The translations under genes and the position numbers were made by a program. Below the pieces are notes generated by a model that was given only the letters and a program-made list of their open reading frames with translations, searched no databases and had not been told where the DNA came from. DNA of 63,137 nucleotides, filler included, from Collodictyon triciliatum (lineage: Eukaryota), in NCBI GenBank assembly GCA_043381765.1. It is 14 parts of 14 records of this genome, joined end to end, with 100 filler letters (N's around TTAATTAATTAA, not from the genome) between each part and the next. Parts side by side here need not be neighbours in the genome. Positions count along the whole stretch, not along the records: positions 51,031 to 55,561 come from JBHJMP010005987.1; positions 55,662 to 60,192 come from JBHJMP010005988.1; positions 60,293 to 63,137 come from JBHJMP010006050.1; 11 more parts are not named here. One strand, written 5' to 3'. This document shows, piece by piece, positions 51,081-63,137 of the stretch. Numbering within the stretch: the stretch's first letter is position 1; each line of letters begins with the position of its first letter.

Positions 51081-54000
51081 CTATGTATGGGGCGAGCATG
51101 TGCACCACGTATTTTCCGTGCTACCGATTTTATGACCTTATCGAATACGGTGAGACTCTTATCTGATGATGAACAAATAACAATATCTTGACGTAGAAAA
51201 AAAAACAATCGATTAGTTAAAAAAAATATGAATGTATAAATAATATGATTAATCATGTCATACAATGCCATACAAGTACAGGGAATAATAAATAAGTTCT
51301 TTTTTTCAGCGAAAGTGACCTAAATGGAAATTTCCTTACGTGATAAAAAGGTATTTATGCATGCAAAGTCTGTGATACTTTGGGCCTCTGGTGATAATTT
51401 CACAGCTGATATATACTTATTGTTATTCTGGAACCTGTTTTTATATTTTTTATTAATTTATTTCATCGATTTGAGAGTGTGTTATACATACAAGGATATT
51501 AGAGCAAAAACATCCTCTGAAAGGTCTCATTTAAGATTGCAAGGCTTTCTTTCGCCATTACCGAAGGAGGTCGTCTTTAGGGGTTTCCTCAATCACGTAT
51601 TTGCACCCAATCAACTGATTGCCGCAACTAAGAATACATTTATCCATATAATAGAACTTTGATTGCCGAATTGGGCCTGAAAACTCTGTATTCTCCTTCA
51701 TTTAATTTTTTTAAAGAGTGTAAAAAATATTGATAATTAAAAATTACAAATAGCTATATTTTTGGCCGTACTTGGAGAGTCAGTTTATGTATATGAAAAT
51801 GATCATTGTGTTTTTAAAAGAAAAGACAGAGAATTCCAATATCCTTGCATCATCTTTTGTGTTTTTGGCAACGTATCGAAAAATGACAAATGTGGTAGGA
51901 TTTCCACTGCCCCAGAGCCGAACCGTTCTATAAGCAGAAAAAGTCAACAAATAACACTCTTGAGACTATACGCAACTAAAAGAACCGGGGCGCTGTGTCC
52001 TATCCATCAAGTTAACAGGTTGATTATGGGCAAGTGGTATAATGAGTAACTTACTTCGTCCACAATCTAGTGCCACTATATAGTGTTGGATACACAAGCA
52101 AAAACTGATGAGCTGAATGTCACTTTATAAAATACCTCGATAATCTGTTTCTTCTCCTTTAAACTTTGTTAAAGGGAGCTTTATTTCACGAGTGACTTTA
52201 TCATACCCACAGCTGGTTATTCTCTCAATTGCCTTGATTGATACAAATCGATAGTATTAAGATTCGCTTTCTCTTCCTTTTCTTTTAAAAACCATCATCA
52301 CACAAAAACATCCAAGTGATAGGATAAAAACAAGAAGGCAGTGATATTGGAAAAATATTCACATGAATGAATCAGGCGTAGAACGGCGCCGGATTGTGGC
52401 AGAATAAAAGATGCCCGAGGTTGAGGGACATGATGAGGCTCACAATTTATGAGGTACTATTTTCCAGTAAGTTCCTAGAATGTCAGATGAAAGAATGCAA
52501 TATCAAAACATATCTCAAAATTCTCATCTTTCCCAATAAATACGATTTTTTTTCAATTTGAAAATCAGCTATTATTCATTCAGTCATAGGCTTTCCTTTA
52601 AAAACAATTTAAAGAAAAAAGAAAAGATGATTATTATGTATATAAACCAGGTGTAAGTATGTGTGATTCACTCTTTCTTTAAATTTTTTTATTTACTATA
52701 TATGATTAAGTGCTGGTTATAAATGCGAAGCCCTGATGAGACTAATCTCTTTAAAGTTGTCTTTGGTTTTGTTGAGTTGACTGGAGCAGCTCCGTATTCT
52801 GACGACTTTATCCTTGAGTGAAATGTGACCAGGTCTTAACAATCTTTGGAACTTTTTCCTTCAAAGTTGAGGAGGCTGAAGCCATACATGCAAAAAGAAG
52901 GGAAAAAAACGGTTGAGATTGCGTTATAACACATGTGACTTCTTTGTGTCAATCAGCCAACATGTAAAGAAATATTGCACAATACCCTTATGAATTTACC
53001 TCCATTTTAATTGTCTTGTAAACGAAATAGATGATGAGAAATGGGATGAAGAAAAACATAATAATAAGGTGACATTGAATAAAGTATACAAGAGCTCCTC
53101 TCAATGTTACGAAGGGGATTTTCTTCCGCCTTGGGCTCTAATTTGACAACAAAATCCGTCATAAGGTAAGAATTGGCCTGCAGTGGCTTTGAAGGAAACA
53201 CTGAAATGACTTCGTCACTTTGCTAGGTATTACACAGAGTGTTGAAGTTTTTGTTACAATATAGATACAACTAATTTTTTTATTCACACAGATGCGAGCT
53301 TAATGACTATTTATGATAATATATTTGCTTTAATCATAAGAAAGGGTAAAGATATGAATATACAATTTGAATAGGATTTGTAGTCAAGAGGAAGCTAAAT
53401 ACTGGAAGAAAAGGATTGACCACGCAGCAAACGCACTTTATTTTAAAAAGAAAATAACGGGTTAATTTTCTTACCACTTTCGAATGCCAGTCATTAATAT
53501 TAGTAAACCAGAAAAATGAGATCCTATCAATATTATCATGACAAACCGAGGCGTCAGTGAAGGGACAAACGGCATAATGCAATGCAGTAAACCCGACACT
53601 GGGAGGTGCTAAAGATGCCGATGATGGTGCTACTGGTGATTAAGTGGACGCTTCAAGAAAGGCAAGAAACAAAAAAAACAAAAAAAAACAAAAAAAACAA
53701 AAAAAACAAAAAAACACAAAAAAAAACACAAAAAAAACACAAAAAACAAACAAAAACAAAAAAGAAAAGGAAAATTAGAAGCTTCATGGTCACCTTGTAA
53801 ACAACCAATAAAATTCGAGGAGGTCCGTCCTTCCTTCCTTTACCTTTTATTTAAAGAAAAAGTAAAATATACTATGGAGATATAAAGCATATGTTCCCAA
53901 AGAAACGAAAAAATTCAGTACACATACTGGCTCATGTGTTTGGGATTCAACTCGAACAAGACCATCGGTTTTTCCAACCAGTTTTTTGGTTTCTAAGTTT

Positions 54001-55503
54001 GGTTAAGTCTCGTTATCTGAAAATAAAAGATAAATACATTAGAGGGAAGATGAAGTAAACTCCATTAAAAAAGAGACGAGAAAGATCGTGGCATTTTGAT
54101 GGAATAAACAACACAACATTTATGTATAGTGAATTTGTGACCAGTTCAAATGTGAATATGAACACACATATATGAATACATGAAAATTACAAAGTCTGGT
54201 CAACAGCGAAAATACTTTCGTCTTCGCCGTTATGGTGTGGTGTGTGGTCTGCAGAGACAGGAAGGAAATGAAGGGAAAGAATGGGACAGTCCACCTCGAG
54301 GTTTGGGGAAAAATATGTCTTTCTCTGCAGGAATTGATTCTGCCATTTGTTTCCAAGGAGGAACGCTCGATATCACGACAGGCCCGGAGTCCACTTGGCC
54401 ATCCGTTTATTTGGAAAGCTTGGCTGAAAACCATGCATGTAAGTTCAATTCACAGAGACAGCGACCTCCATGACCGTTGCTGGGGTCTAGCTTGTAGAAT
54501 CTGAGCTATATGCACAAAACAAAAGTCCTTCATTATGAATTCTCCATACCAACTACTTGAATATTGCTAAATTGTATTCTATAGCATAATTGTGGTTAAG
54601 TTGATTGGTATTTCCTCCAAAGAGCAGTAAGAATCATGAAAGCATGAAAGCATGAAAGAGTTATGAATGGATATTGAAATGGGATTATTATTATTATTAT
54701 TAATCAAGTCTGAAAGAAGCATAACAGAACAAACAGAAGAACTCAGTGTATATATGAAACCTTTCCGTCAACTGAGCTCACCACGAATCGCTCATTGTCT
54801 GGGTCAATAGCCAAGGACAACAACGGCGATGTGGACAGAATACCACTTTGGTAAACAAGCTGTTTTTGAAGGAGATTCCATACTTTGAAGCTTCTATCTT
54901 CGCTGCAGGTCACTAGAAACTCGTCCTTTTTGGCGCCAAACGCAGCGCATTTGATTCTTAGTTCATGACCTTCGAGAAGGATAACATGCTTGTTTGTCTA
55001 AAAATATGAATCAGATTGATTTGTAACAAAATATATAGACATATAAAGACTTTTCACTCTCTGAGTTTTTAATTAAGAAACATATAGCAAGGAATTCAAT
55101 ACCAATAAAAAAGAATTTTCTGAGAGATAAATAAACCAATTTTTTTTTTAAAAAAATTTACAAGAAAGGTGTACCGAAAATTGAAAGATGTCAAACGTAT
55201 TATCAGCGGCCAGACCGACCAAGGTTCCGGTTGGGTCGCATGTTATGAAGGATGCATCACCATAATCCCGTGAAATGGGATGCAATTGTGTATCAACTTT
55301 GTAAACAATAACAATAAAAATGATAGAAAAGACATCAAAAATTTGGATGATACTGTGTTCTCTATGAAAAAAAACTCTAAATGAACATAAGAAAATGGGA
55401 AAATGTTCATAAGATAACATAACATAATTAACCATAACAAACGTGTATCTGGGGTTCGGAGAATATCCCAAAGCAGAATTACGTCCTTTGAAACAGTACA
55501 CAT
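51081..55503 (-). pseudogene. WDR27: WDR27-like WD40 gene, partial, with apparent inactivating lesions
   Basis: LEGHELRIKCAAF...SEDRSFKVWNL...VYQSGILSTSPLLSLAIDP; VTFHSRIKSSEYG; KFYYMDK...KDDLLR; INTFLS; SSDKSLTVFD...AHARPIH. In-frame TAA at 54409-54407 inside an otherwise open exon; frame break near 52835. Confidence 0.7.
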
Positions 55504-55892
55504 TTGAAACGACTAATTATAATCAAAAAAAAGAAAACTTCTATGAATAAACGTTTGAATTNNNNNNNNNNNNNNNNNNNNNNNNNNNNNNNNNNNNNNN
55601 NNNNNTTAATTAATTAANNNNNNNNNNNNNNNNNNNNNNNNNNNNNNNNNNNNNNNNNNNNTTAATTATTAATATTTGTATATATAAGTTCACTGTCTCT
55701 TATTTCTTTTAAAAATTTTCTCTACAACATATCTATAGCTGATTTTCTCTTTTATTTTAACCTTTTTTTTCATTTTAATTAGTACTATGCATAATATTGA
55801 CTGAAACATGTCTCAAATTACTCTTTACCTCGCTTATATTCTTGTATCCTTTTTATTTTTATTTTATTTTATTTTATTTTATTTTGTTGCAG

Positions 55893-57606
55893 GCGAGGGC
55901 TGTAACATCATTACCTTTGAATGAGGATGAAAGAATGCGAAAGTGGCAGGTGTATAAAGATACTAATTAAAATTAATACATGAATATTATGTTTGAGTCA
56001 GGCACGTTCCGTTTCCATCTTAAATGAAAATCAAGAAAACATATGTGCAATGTCGTTTTAGTGATGCTTTTAATTTCATAGAAAGAGTGCGTTCACACAA
56101 CAACAGAACTGGCGGTGAAAGCTATATTTGCGATGGGAAAATCAAAGAAGGAATGCGAAATGTATTTAAATGAGCTCCAGGCTCTCAGCCCAGACCCTGA
56201 GGTCTGTGCCAGGAAAAGTGGCTATGAAAATTCATTTTTCTTTTTTAAAAGTAAATAAATTAGGCCAGCAAAATACTTTCCCCTTTTATTAAATTCAAAA
56301 CGTCAGCAAAATATGTTTATTGCCCATTAAAAATACGTTTCAATCGCCCAAAAAGGTCGAAGCGCGTGTAACGTCTCAAATGGAAATCATCGAGCTAACA
56401 AAACAAGCCGAGGAAGCTGTTAAGGTATGACAAAGATTCATATTTTTAATTTGATAGAAGATGGAATATATCTCCATAGAAAATCCATCTGATTTATTCA
56501 TTTGACTTATTTATTGAACACAGACAGAACCGAAGAATTTCCTCAAGGGTCAGAAACTGTATTCCCGCTTGTGTGAGTTGAAACCAAATGACTTCAAAGC
56601 ACATTTCATGGCTGCCATATGCTACACCTACTCAGTCAATAACAACCGTACGTATTACTTCAAAAAACTTTCCACCGGTACCAACGTCTAGGGTGCTATT
56701 TTAGTTTGTTTTGATTTCGGTTTTTTTTTTGTTTTTGTTTTTGTTTTTGTTTTTGTTTTTGTTTTTGTTTTTGTTTTTGTTTTTGTTTTTGTTTTTGTTT
56801 TTGTTTTTGTTTTTGTTTTTGTTTTTACCAACTCAATTAGTCATGTATGCATATTCAGCTGCTCTCGCTGAAGAATACCTTCGGAAAGGACTGAAAATTT
56901 CTCCAGCTGAACCCCGAGCTCATGCACTTATGTGTCGAATTCTAGTAAATAAGAAAGAATACACAAAGGCCATCGAAGGTTCGCCTTTCTACGTGATATT
57001 CTGTATAGAATTAGACATCTCGCTTTGAATATCACATTCATTTCGTAATAATTGATACTCCTGAAGCTTTTACAAATCCTACTTATTTTTTAATTGCAGA
57101 GATGAATATCGTGTTTGACATGGTCACACCAGAGAAGGGATATGGTGCGGGTTTCTCTTTTACATCGGTATATTCCGTTGTTTGTTTGTTGTTGTTTTCG
57201 GTGTTATTTACTTATTCAATTCTTTCAAGCTCTTGCGCAAGCACATCAGAACATATTTATCGATATGATGCGCTCCATAAAGTAGGATTTACATCTTAAG
57301 TCTTATATCAATAATAGTATCCGACGTATCGGTAGTCAATATTAAAATGTTCATTATAAAAAATCGCATTTTATGCAGTAAAGGGTACCTTATTTTAGCA
57401 ATTTATTTTTATACTAGCATTCAAAACCCTACCATTTTACATTATTGATTCTCCTCATAAATATCAAAAGAGAGGCACACGAGTCGTTGTACGGCCCAGA
57501 ATCAAGTGCATATGAACAGAACGTCGAGCGGTTCAAGAGAATATTCCCTCCTCTGCGCTTTAAGGTTGATACCTTAAAGCATGAAAAATCATGCTCTCTA
57601 ATGTGA
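55893..57606 (+). CDS. TPR-like repeat protein ending in CaaX box (CSLM), 5' partial, 8 exons seen
   Basis: NFLKGQKLYSRLCELKPNDFKAHFMAAICY; AEEYLRKGLKISPAEPRAHALMCRILVNKKEYTKAIE (TPR-like); last exon ...KHEKSCSLM* with TGA at 57604-57606; splice phases consistent. Confidence 0.8.
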
Positions 57607-58467
57607 AGCCTGAGTCGCAAGCCCCAAAACACAAATTATATGCATATATACAAACTACTCTAAGCATCTCCCAAAATACGATATATATCATGGTTCAAAA
57701 ATTATTAAAAAGAATTAAAAAGGAAAAAAAAAGAAAAAAATAATATATACCATGGCTGAATGTTTACTTTGCAAAAATAAATCAACAGAGAAATTTTGCA
57801 GACATTATTGAAAACTCTCGCAATTCACAATCACACACTGATTAATCGACAAGATGCATTCTTTTTTTATTTTATTTTTTTTAAAAAAACAAACGAATAT
57901 AATAGCGCATATTCTGGGTCTTGATTCATGGTTTGAAAAGCCATATACATATAAACTCACGCATAGATGTAACAACAGAAAACTAAAACAGACAAGCAGT
58001 CTGCGCCGCTGAATCTTCAAACTGGTTTACCTTGGTTGCGTGTGTGAGTTGGTATACAGAACACATTCCGGCTTTGGTAGGAGGATTGAGAAAATATGAT
58101 ATAAAGAAAATGTAAGAGTTCAATAGAACTACTTTGGTAATTTGTTTGCGTAACACAAACTCACATATCATTATGCTTCAACCATCAGGACATACCACCA
58201 GACAAAGCAAAATGAATTTTAAGCGAAAAATGCGTATATGGAGAGACTGCAGGATGTTTGTTTATTTTTCATCTTTTGTTTAAAGAACACTCTAGGACAT
58301 GCTAATAAGAAACTGAGTATGCATGATACAGAAAACAGAGAATAGAATAATTGGAATCTTGTTTTTCAGCTCGATTTTGGTAGAAGATGGGTTGTACTGT
58401 ATAATTTCGTATTGAATATCATACACCAGACATATTATATCACCTGACATCATGAAGGCCAATTGGA

Positions 58468-60072
58468 TTAAAATCTGAAAAAAAAACATTCCTTGGTATT
58501 TGATACCGTGCTAAAAGATGCATCGGGATAAATAGGATACAGAAAATACATCAAAAGTGGCGCGATTATAGCGACAATGATTTCCACACTATACTCATAA
58601 TTCATGAGTACAGCTTTGATTTTGAGAGACTTTCCCAAATACTTGTCCTCGGTTATATCTATATCCTCAGAGTAAGAGTTTGAGTTGCAATTTCTGTCTT
58701 GGTGGGGCTGTAAGACCACTTGATTTTTTGTGATTTTTGGAAACATTTTCCTCTGAAACCATTTTCCAAGACGATGAGAAGCTAAAACCCTTTGTTTGAA
58801 TGTCACCGTCGTTACAACCTCTACCAACATGATAAGGGAGTTAACCAAAGCGTATTGAAAATAATTTGACCCGTTTGCGGATAGATTGGATAACGTGATT
58901 CTGCCCAAAAACTTAATATGTGTCAAAGATATTTCATTTACGATTAATCTGGTTTCAGTTAACTCGTCTGATAAATCAAATATCACATATGTTTGGTACG
59001 ATTTGACTGCAAAGAAAATCAAGGGGAACATCACCAACCGACATAAAGCCTGAAGGAAAAACGAAAGAGAAATCAGAATTGGAAGGAAGTAGCGAAAGAA
59101 TATTCCCATCGTTACGAATAAAACCATCAGCCCTTTCATTAAAGCAAATGGTGTTCCATCCTTTGTGAGAGTATAGTATATTTGTTGCTCTGAAAGCATA
59201 TTCGGAGGCTCTGGACTTTTTTTGACAAAGTAAAATCCAAAACAGCAAGCAGCAAATTGAATAACATTTCTCAAAGCGGCAGCCCATGATGTTTCGCGCT
59301 GGGGAATTGAATAGAGGAGAACGTCAAGTATGAAACAGGGAATAATTATGTAACATATGGCTTTCCTTGAAAAATGGGTCGAGTATATATTTCTGATAAT
59401 TAAACACAGAGCTATGTAGTAACATAATGCTCTGATGTAAGCTCGAATCAGGTCATAAAGTACAAAATAAATTTCATCAAACGTTTTAGGTGCGAGAACT
59501 CGGGCTGGGATGTAGTATACCCACATAAACAGAATAATAGGGATCAGTATGGGTATCGTCTTCATCAATATGCGAAGCCACAAAATGAGTGCAAGTTTTA
59601 GCGAAGAAAAAAGGTTTCGCCTATGATAGGTTACTTTTGTATTTGTATTTTCCTGATTCAAACAGGATATTTTTTTCTCTATTCGGAGCTTCTCTCCAAC
59701 TTTACAGCTGCTTCTTATTTCAGTCTCATGATGAACATCGGGAACCTGGTTGACGTTTGGAATACGATTGCCTATAGAAACTGTATCATCCAGCTCATCT
59801 TGACCCTGCGATTCCATCAATTCCAAGACGATATCTTGACCATTTGTTGCAATATTGTTTATGTAAGGAGAATCTTTGCCAGAACAAGAAAGAAAGGCTG
59901 GGGTACGCTCGGTCCAGGTATTGATTCGTACAGAAATGTAGGAATCGTGTCCTCTTTCTCCTAGTTCCATCCCTTGCTCTACTTCTGGTCCTATGTTATC
60001 ACGAGTTATCTCCACGACCAAATCCCGACTCGTTTCTGAATGAAAGTTGGCTATTTTGCTGTCTCCCTCCAT
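58468..60072 (-). CDS. Intronless 534-aa multipass membrane protein of unknown family; probably continues to ~58292 after a homopolymer frameshift
   Basis: Long ATG-initiated ORF with a hydrophilic N-terminus and many hydrophobic segments. A T9 run near 58478-58486 shifts into a further hydrophobic ORF (58292..58489). Confidence 0.7.
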   Translation of the reverse strand: MEGDSKIANFHSETSRDLVVEITRDNIGPEVEQGMELGERGHDSYISVRINTWTERTPAFLSCSGKDSPYINNIATNGQDIVLELMESQGQDELDDTVSIGNRIPNVNQVPDVHHETEIRSSCKVGEKLRIEKKISCLNQENTNTKVTYHRRNLFSSLKLALILWLRILMKTIPILIPIILFMWVYYIPARVLAPKTFDEIYFVLYDLIRAYIRALCYYIALCLIIRNIYSTHFSRKAICYIIIPCFILDVLLYSIPQRETSWAAALRNVIQFAACCFGFYFVKKSPEPPNMLSEQQIYYTLTKDGTPFALMKGLMVLFVTMGIFFRYFLPILISLSFFLQALCRLVMFPLIFFAVKSYQTYVIFDLSDELTETRLIVNEISLTHIKFLGRITLSNLSANGSNYFQYALVNSLIMLVEVVTTVTFKQRVLASHRLGKWFQRKMFPKITKNQVVLQPHQDRNCNSNSYSEDIDITEDKYLGKSLKIKAVLMNYEYSVEIIVAIIAPLLMYFLYPIYPDASFSTVSNTKECFFFRF

Positions 60073-60319
60073 ATGGTAAGGTAATTAAAGAAATTCCAAT
60101 GAGTTTTTCTCGAGCTTGTCTGGACACACAATGGAAGCGCCTAAGTGGAGAGGGTGGGGCAGGAGTTTCTATAAAAAAAAAAAAAAAAAAAANNNNNNNN
60201 NNNNNNNNNNNNNNNNNNNNNNNNNNNNNNNNNNNNTTAATTAATTAANNNNNNNNNNNNNNNNNNNNNNNNNNNNNNNNNNNNNNNNNNNNAAAAAAAA
60301 AGAAAAAAAAAAAAAAAAC

Positions 60320-60376
<57 letters not shown>

Positions 60377-60405
60377 AGAGAGAGACTAAAGAGAGCCGAG
60401 TTTAC

Positions 60406-60501
60406 CTGGCATCCTTCGTCTCCAAAGCGAAGGTTAGCGAGGTTCAGCTCAGGGCCAGAAGTCGCTTGTTTTATCAAATCCACAAGTCGCCCAGAAGACA
60501 T
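60406..60501 (-). CDS. First exon of a ribonuclease-inhibitor-type LRR protein
   Basis: MSSGRLVDLIKQATSGPELNLANLRFGDEGCQ followed by a GTAAAC donor; fits the LxLxxxx[IF]GDEG motif; remainder lost in gap. Confidence 0.55.
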
Positions 60502-61943
60502 TGGCCTCAAGATCTGAATGGCGTCGATGAAGTGAGTAGAGGGCTATTAGATCCGTAGATGTTCGCACGGATTGGGTCTTCTGACACGCGGCTTACGGTG
60601 GTTCTACTTTGGTCGCCCTGGACTTCAAGTTGTTTGTTTGCACGTCAAAGAGTGTGTCTTCAATTCTTGAGTAATGGTTGAGGACTATACTTTTTAAATG
60701 GTGCCTAAATAACTTTTGCCATATTTTCCCTTCTTTTCTTTTATTTTATTTCTGGCGGGCGTTGAGGGTAGGCGCTGGGTGGTTGGGTGGTAATAATGAG
60801 CGTAAGAGGAGAGGGAAGAAGGAAGGAGAACGGATGTGGTGGCAAGAGAGGGTGCGAGGGTTTGTGGGGGTAAAGATGGAGGAAAATAGGGTAGATTGAA
60901 AGTTAGCGCGCATGAGTTTATTCCTTCCCTGTGTGGCAGATTTGGTGGCGGGCGAGTAGACATGGGTCATTTCTGCTGAAAGATCTATTTTTTGAAGAGC
61001 AGACAGGTACCGGGGTCCAACATTGAGGAGAGGATAAAGAGGGAAGACAATCGGGCAAGTTTTTTTGAGAAGTCCAGAGATGTGGGTCAAGCCAGGCCAG
61101 AGCAAGTGGGTGAATGAGGCAGACCACAAACAAGCGATTTGACAAAGTAAAAAAGATTGAAAAGGAGAAAAATAAGAGTACATCATTAGTGACATAGAAA
61201 GCCAAAAAAAAAAAATAATAATCATCATCATGGTGAATCATTTGGGTACAGGGGGATATGGCTTTTTGCAGTACTTTTGTATATATATCTTTATGTCTAA
61301 AGCAAAGAATAATCATAAAGAAAGAGAGTGACAATAAAGTAAGACAGCTACACCCAACTCACATATCCCTTGGCTATCACTTTTCACAACGATTGTATTC
61401 ATNNNNNNNNNNNNNNNNNNNNNNNNNNNNNNNNNNNNNNNNNNNNNNNNNNNNNNNNNNNNNNNNNNNNNNNNNNNNNNNNNNNNNNNNNNNNNNNNNN
61501 NNNNNNNNNNNNNNNNNNNNNNNNNNNNNNNNNNNNNNNNNNNNNNNNNNNNNNNNNNNNNNNNNNNNNNNNNNNNNNNNNNNNNNNNNNNNNNNNNNNN
61601 NNNNNNNNNNNNNNNNNNNNNNNNNNNNNNNNNNNNNNNNNNNNNNNNNNNNNNNNNNNNNNNNNNNNNNNNNNNNNNNNNNNNNNNNNNNNNNNNNNNN
61701 NNNNNNNNNNNNNNNNNNNNNNNNNNNNNNNNNNNNNNNNNNNNNNNNNNNNNNNNNNNNNNNNNNNNNNNNNNNNNNNNNNNNNNNNNNNNNNNNNNNN
61801 NNNNNNNNNNNNNNNNNNNNNNNNNNNNNNNNNNNNNNNNNNNNNNNNNNNNNNNNNNNNNNNNNNNNNNNNNNNNNNNNNNNNNNNNNNNNNNNNNNNN
61901 NNNNNNNNNNNNNNNNNNNNNNNNNNNNNNNNNNNNNNNNNNN

Positions 61944-62913
61944 GGAACGGGTGGCCCCCGCGTGGGACGCCTCCAGCTCGTTGAGTCTGCGCTGGGCGTC
62001 GTCGGCGCGCTGGCGGGCAGCCTCGGCCTCTGCACGCAGGCGGGCGGTCTCCTCCTCGGCGCGCAGGCGGGCAGCCTCGGCGTTCTTGAGCTGCGTGCGC
62101 ACGTCGTCCTCCTGGCGCCGGCGGGCGGCCTCGGCCTCGGCCTCCTTGCGCTTGCGGGCAGCGTCCTCGTCGGCGCGCTTGCGGGCGGCCTCCGCCTCCG
62201 CCTCCGCCTGCCGGCGCGTCGCAGCCTCCTCCTCCTTCTGCGAGCGCAGCGCCTGCACGTACGAGCTGAGCGGCGCGCGTGTGGCGGGGGCGCCGGTGCC
62301 GCCCGCCTGGTTGAGCGAGCGCGTCGTGGCGCGCGTAAAGAACTGGTACGGCTCCTCCGGCGCGTAGGCGGTCGGCGTTGTCGCCACGCTCGGCACAGAC
62401 ACGGCCGACGGCGGCAGCGGCAGCGCAAACGATCGCGTCGCACCCGCCGTTGTTGCAGACGGCACGCTCACCGTGCCCGGCGCAAAGGCCGACGGCGGCA
62501 GCGCAAACGACCGCGTCGCACCCGCCGTCACCACCCCCGGCACACTCACGCTGCTCGGGAAGTACGCTCCCGCGTGGCTGCCCGGCGGAGACACGATCAC
62601 CGGCGACGCCGCAGCCACACCCACGGGCACTCCCGGTGGGGCGGGCGATCCGGCCACAGGGCTGAGTCCCGTGGCGCTGCTGGGCAGCGTGAAGGCCCGG
62701 GTGCTGCCGTAGTAGCTGCAGGGCGGCAGAGTCCGTGAGAAGGTGGTTGGACAGAAGAGAAGGGAAGGGAAGGGAAGGGAAGGGAAGTGGTGCGGTATGT
62801 TTGGTCTCATACCCGGCGGGGTAGCTGACGGGGAAGGAGCTGCCGAAGGAGGTGTAGCCGTAAGGCACAGGGGCGACAAGTGGGGCGGCGGTGGCAGAGG
62901 GACCGGTGGACAT
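61944..62913 (-). CDS. GC-rich gene: Pro/Ala/Ser-rich N-terminus with internal repeats + Ala/Glu/Arg coiled coil; 3' partial
   Basis: Exon 1 62913-62813 (MSTGPSATAAPLVAPVPYGYTSFGSSFPVSYPAG), 97-nt intron GTATGA...CTGCAG, exon 2 from 62715 in the frame of ORF 61377..63008 (YYGSTRAFTLP...EEEAATRRQAEAEAEAARKRADEDAARK). Confidence 0.72.
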
Positions 62914-63052
62914 GGGGTGTGCGGTGTGGTTGCTCGGTTGGCTGGTTGGGTGCAGGGATTAGTCTGGTCGAGGGACAGGTTATAGGGAGAGGCCTGATCT
63001 GGCCCCAATTTTTTAGAGTTTTCTTTTTTTTCTTTTTTTGTTTTTGTTTCTT

Positions 63053-63056
<4 letters not shown>

Positions 63057-63122
<66 letters not shown>
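63057..63122. repeat. (CT)n microsatellite
   Basis: Direct reading. Confidence 0.92.
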
Positions 63123-63126
<4 letters not shown>

Positions 63127-63137
63127 GTTTTTGTTTT

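Noticed and set aside
54407-54409. Stop-codon reassignment (TAA/TAG = Gln) as an explanation of in-frame stops
   Set aside because: Hundreds of codons in the hydratase, ARM, kinase and p47 genes contain no internal TAA/TAG, and p47 ends in TAG. Pseudogenisation or sequence error is more parsimonious.

Overview
Intron-rich, mostly AT-rich eukaryotic (protist-like) genomic DNA. It is not one locus: 13 identical 100-bp spacers (44 N + TTAATTAATTAA + 44 N) recur every ~4.64 kb, so the window is about 14 size-sorted unplaced contigs, and adjacency across spacers has no biological meaning. Hand-spliced genes: p47/NSFL1C, a 7-repeat WD40 protein with a predicted signal peptide, an ARM-repeat protein, a CDKL kinase, IFT20, a hydratase-2 with tandem SCP2 domains, a TOM1/THH1-family membrane protein, a PAK/STE20 kinase, an LRR-kinase with a myristoylation motif, a lesioned WDR27, a TPR protein with a CaaX box, an intronless multipass membrane ORF, an RI-type LRR first exon and a GC-rich coiled-coil gene. 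Also present: three copies of one L1/Tx1-type retrotransposon 3' end (one with a 13-bp target-site duplication), MATE and argininosuccinate synthase pseudogenes, a two-level tandem repeat and many microsatellites. The best candidates for new biology are two receptor-like repeat proteins whose near-identical repeats vary at predicted ligand-binding positions: the apparently secreted WD40 propeller on a Ser-rich stalk and the LRR-kinase. All family calls rest on motif recognition; no database search was run.
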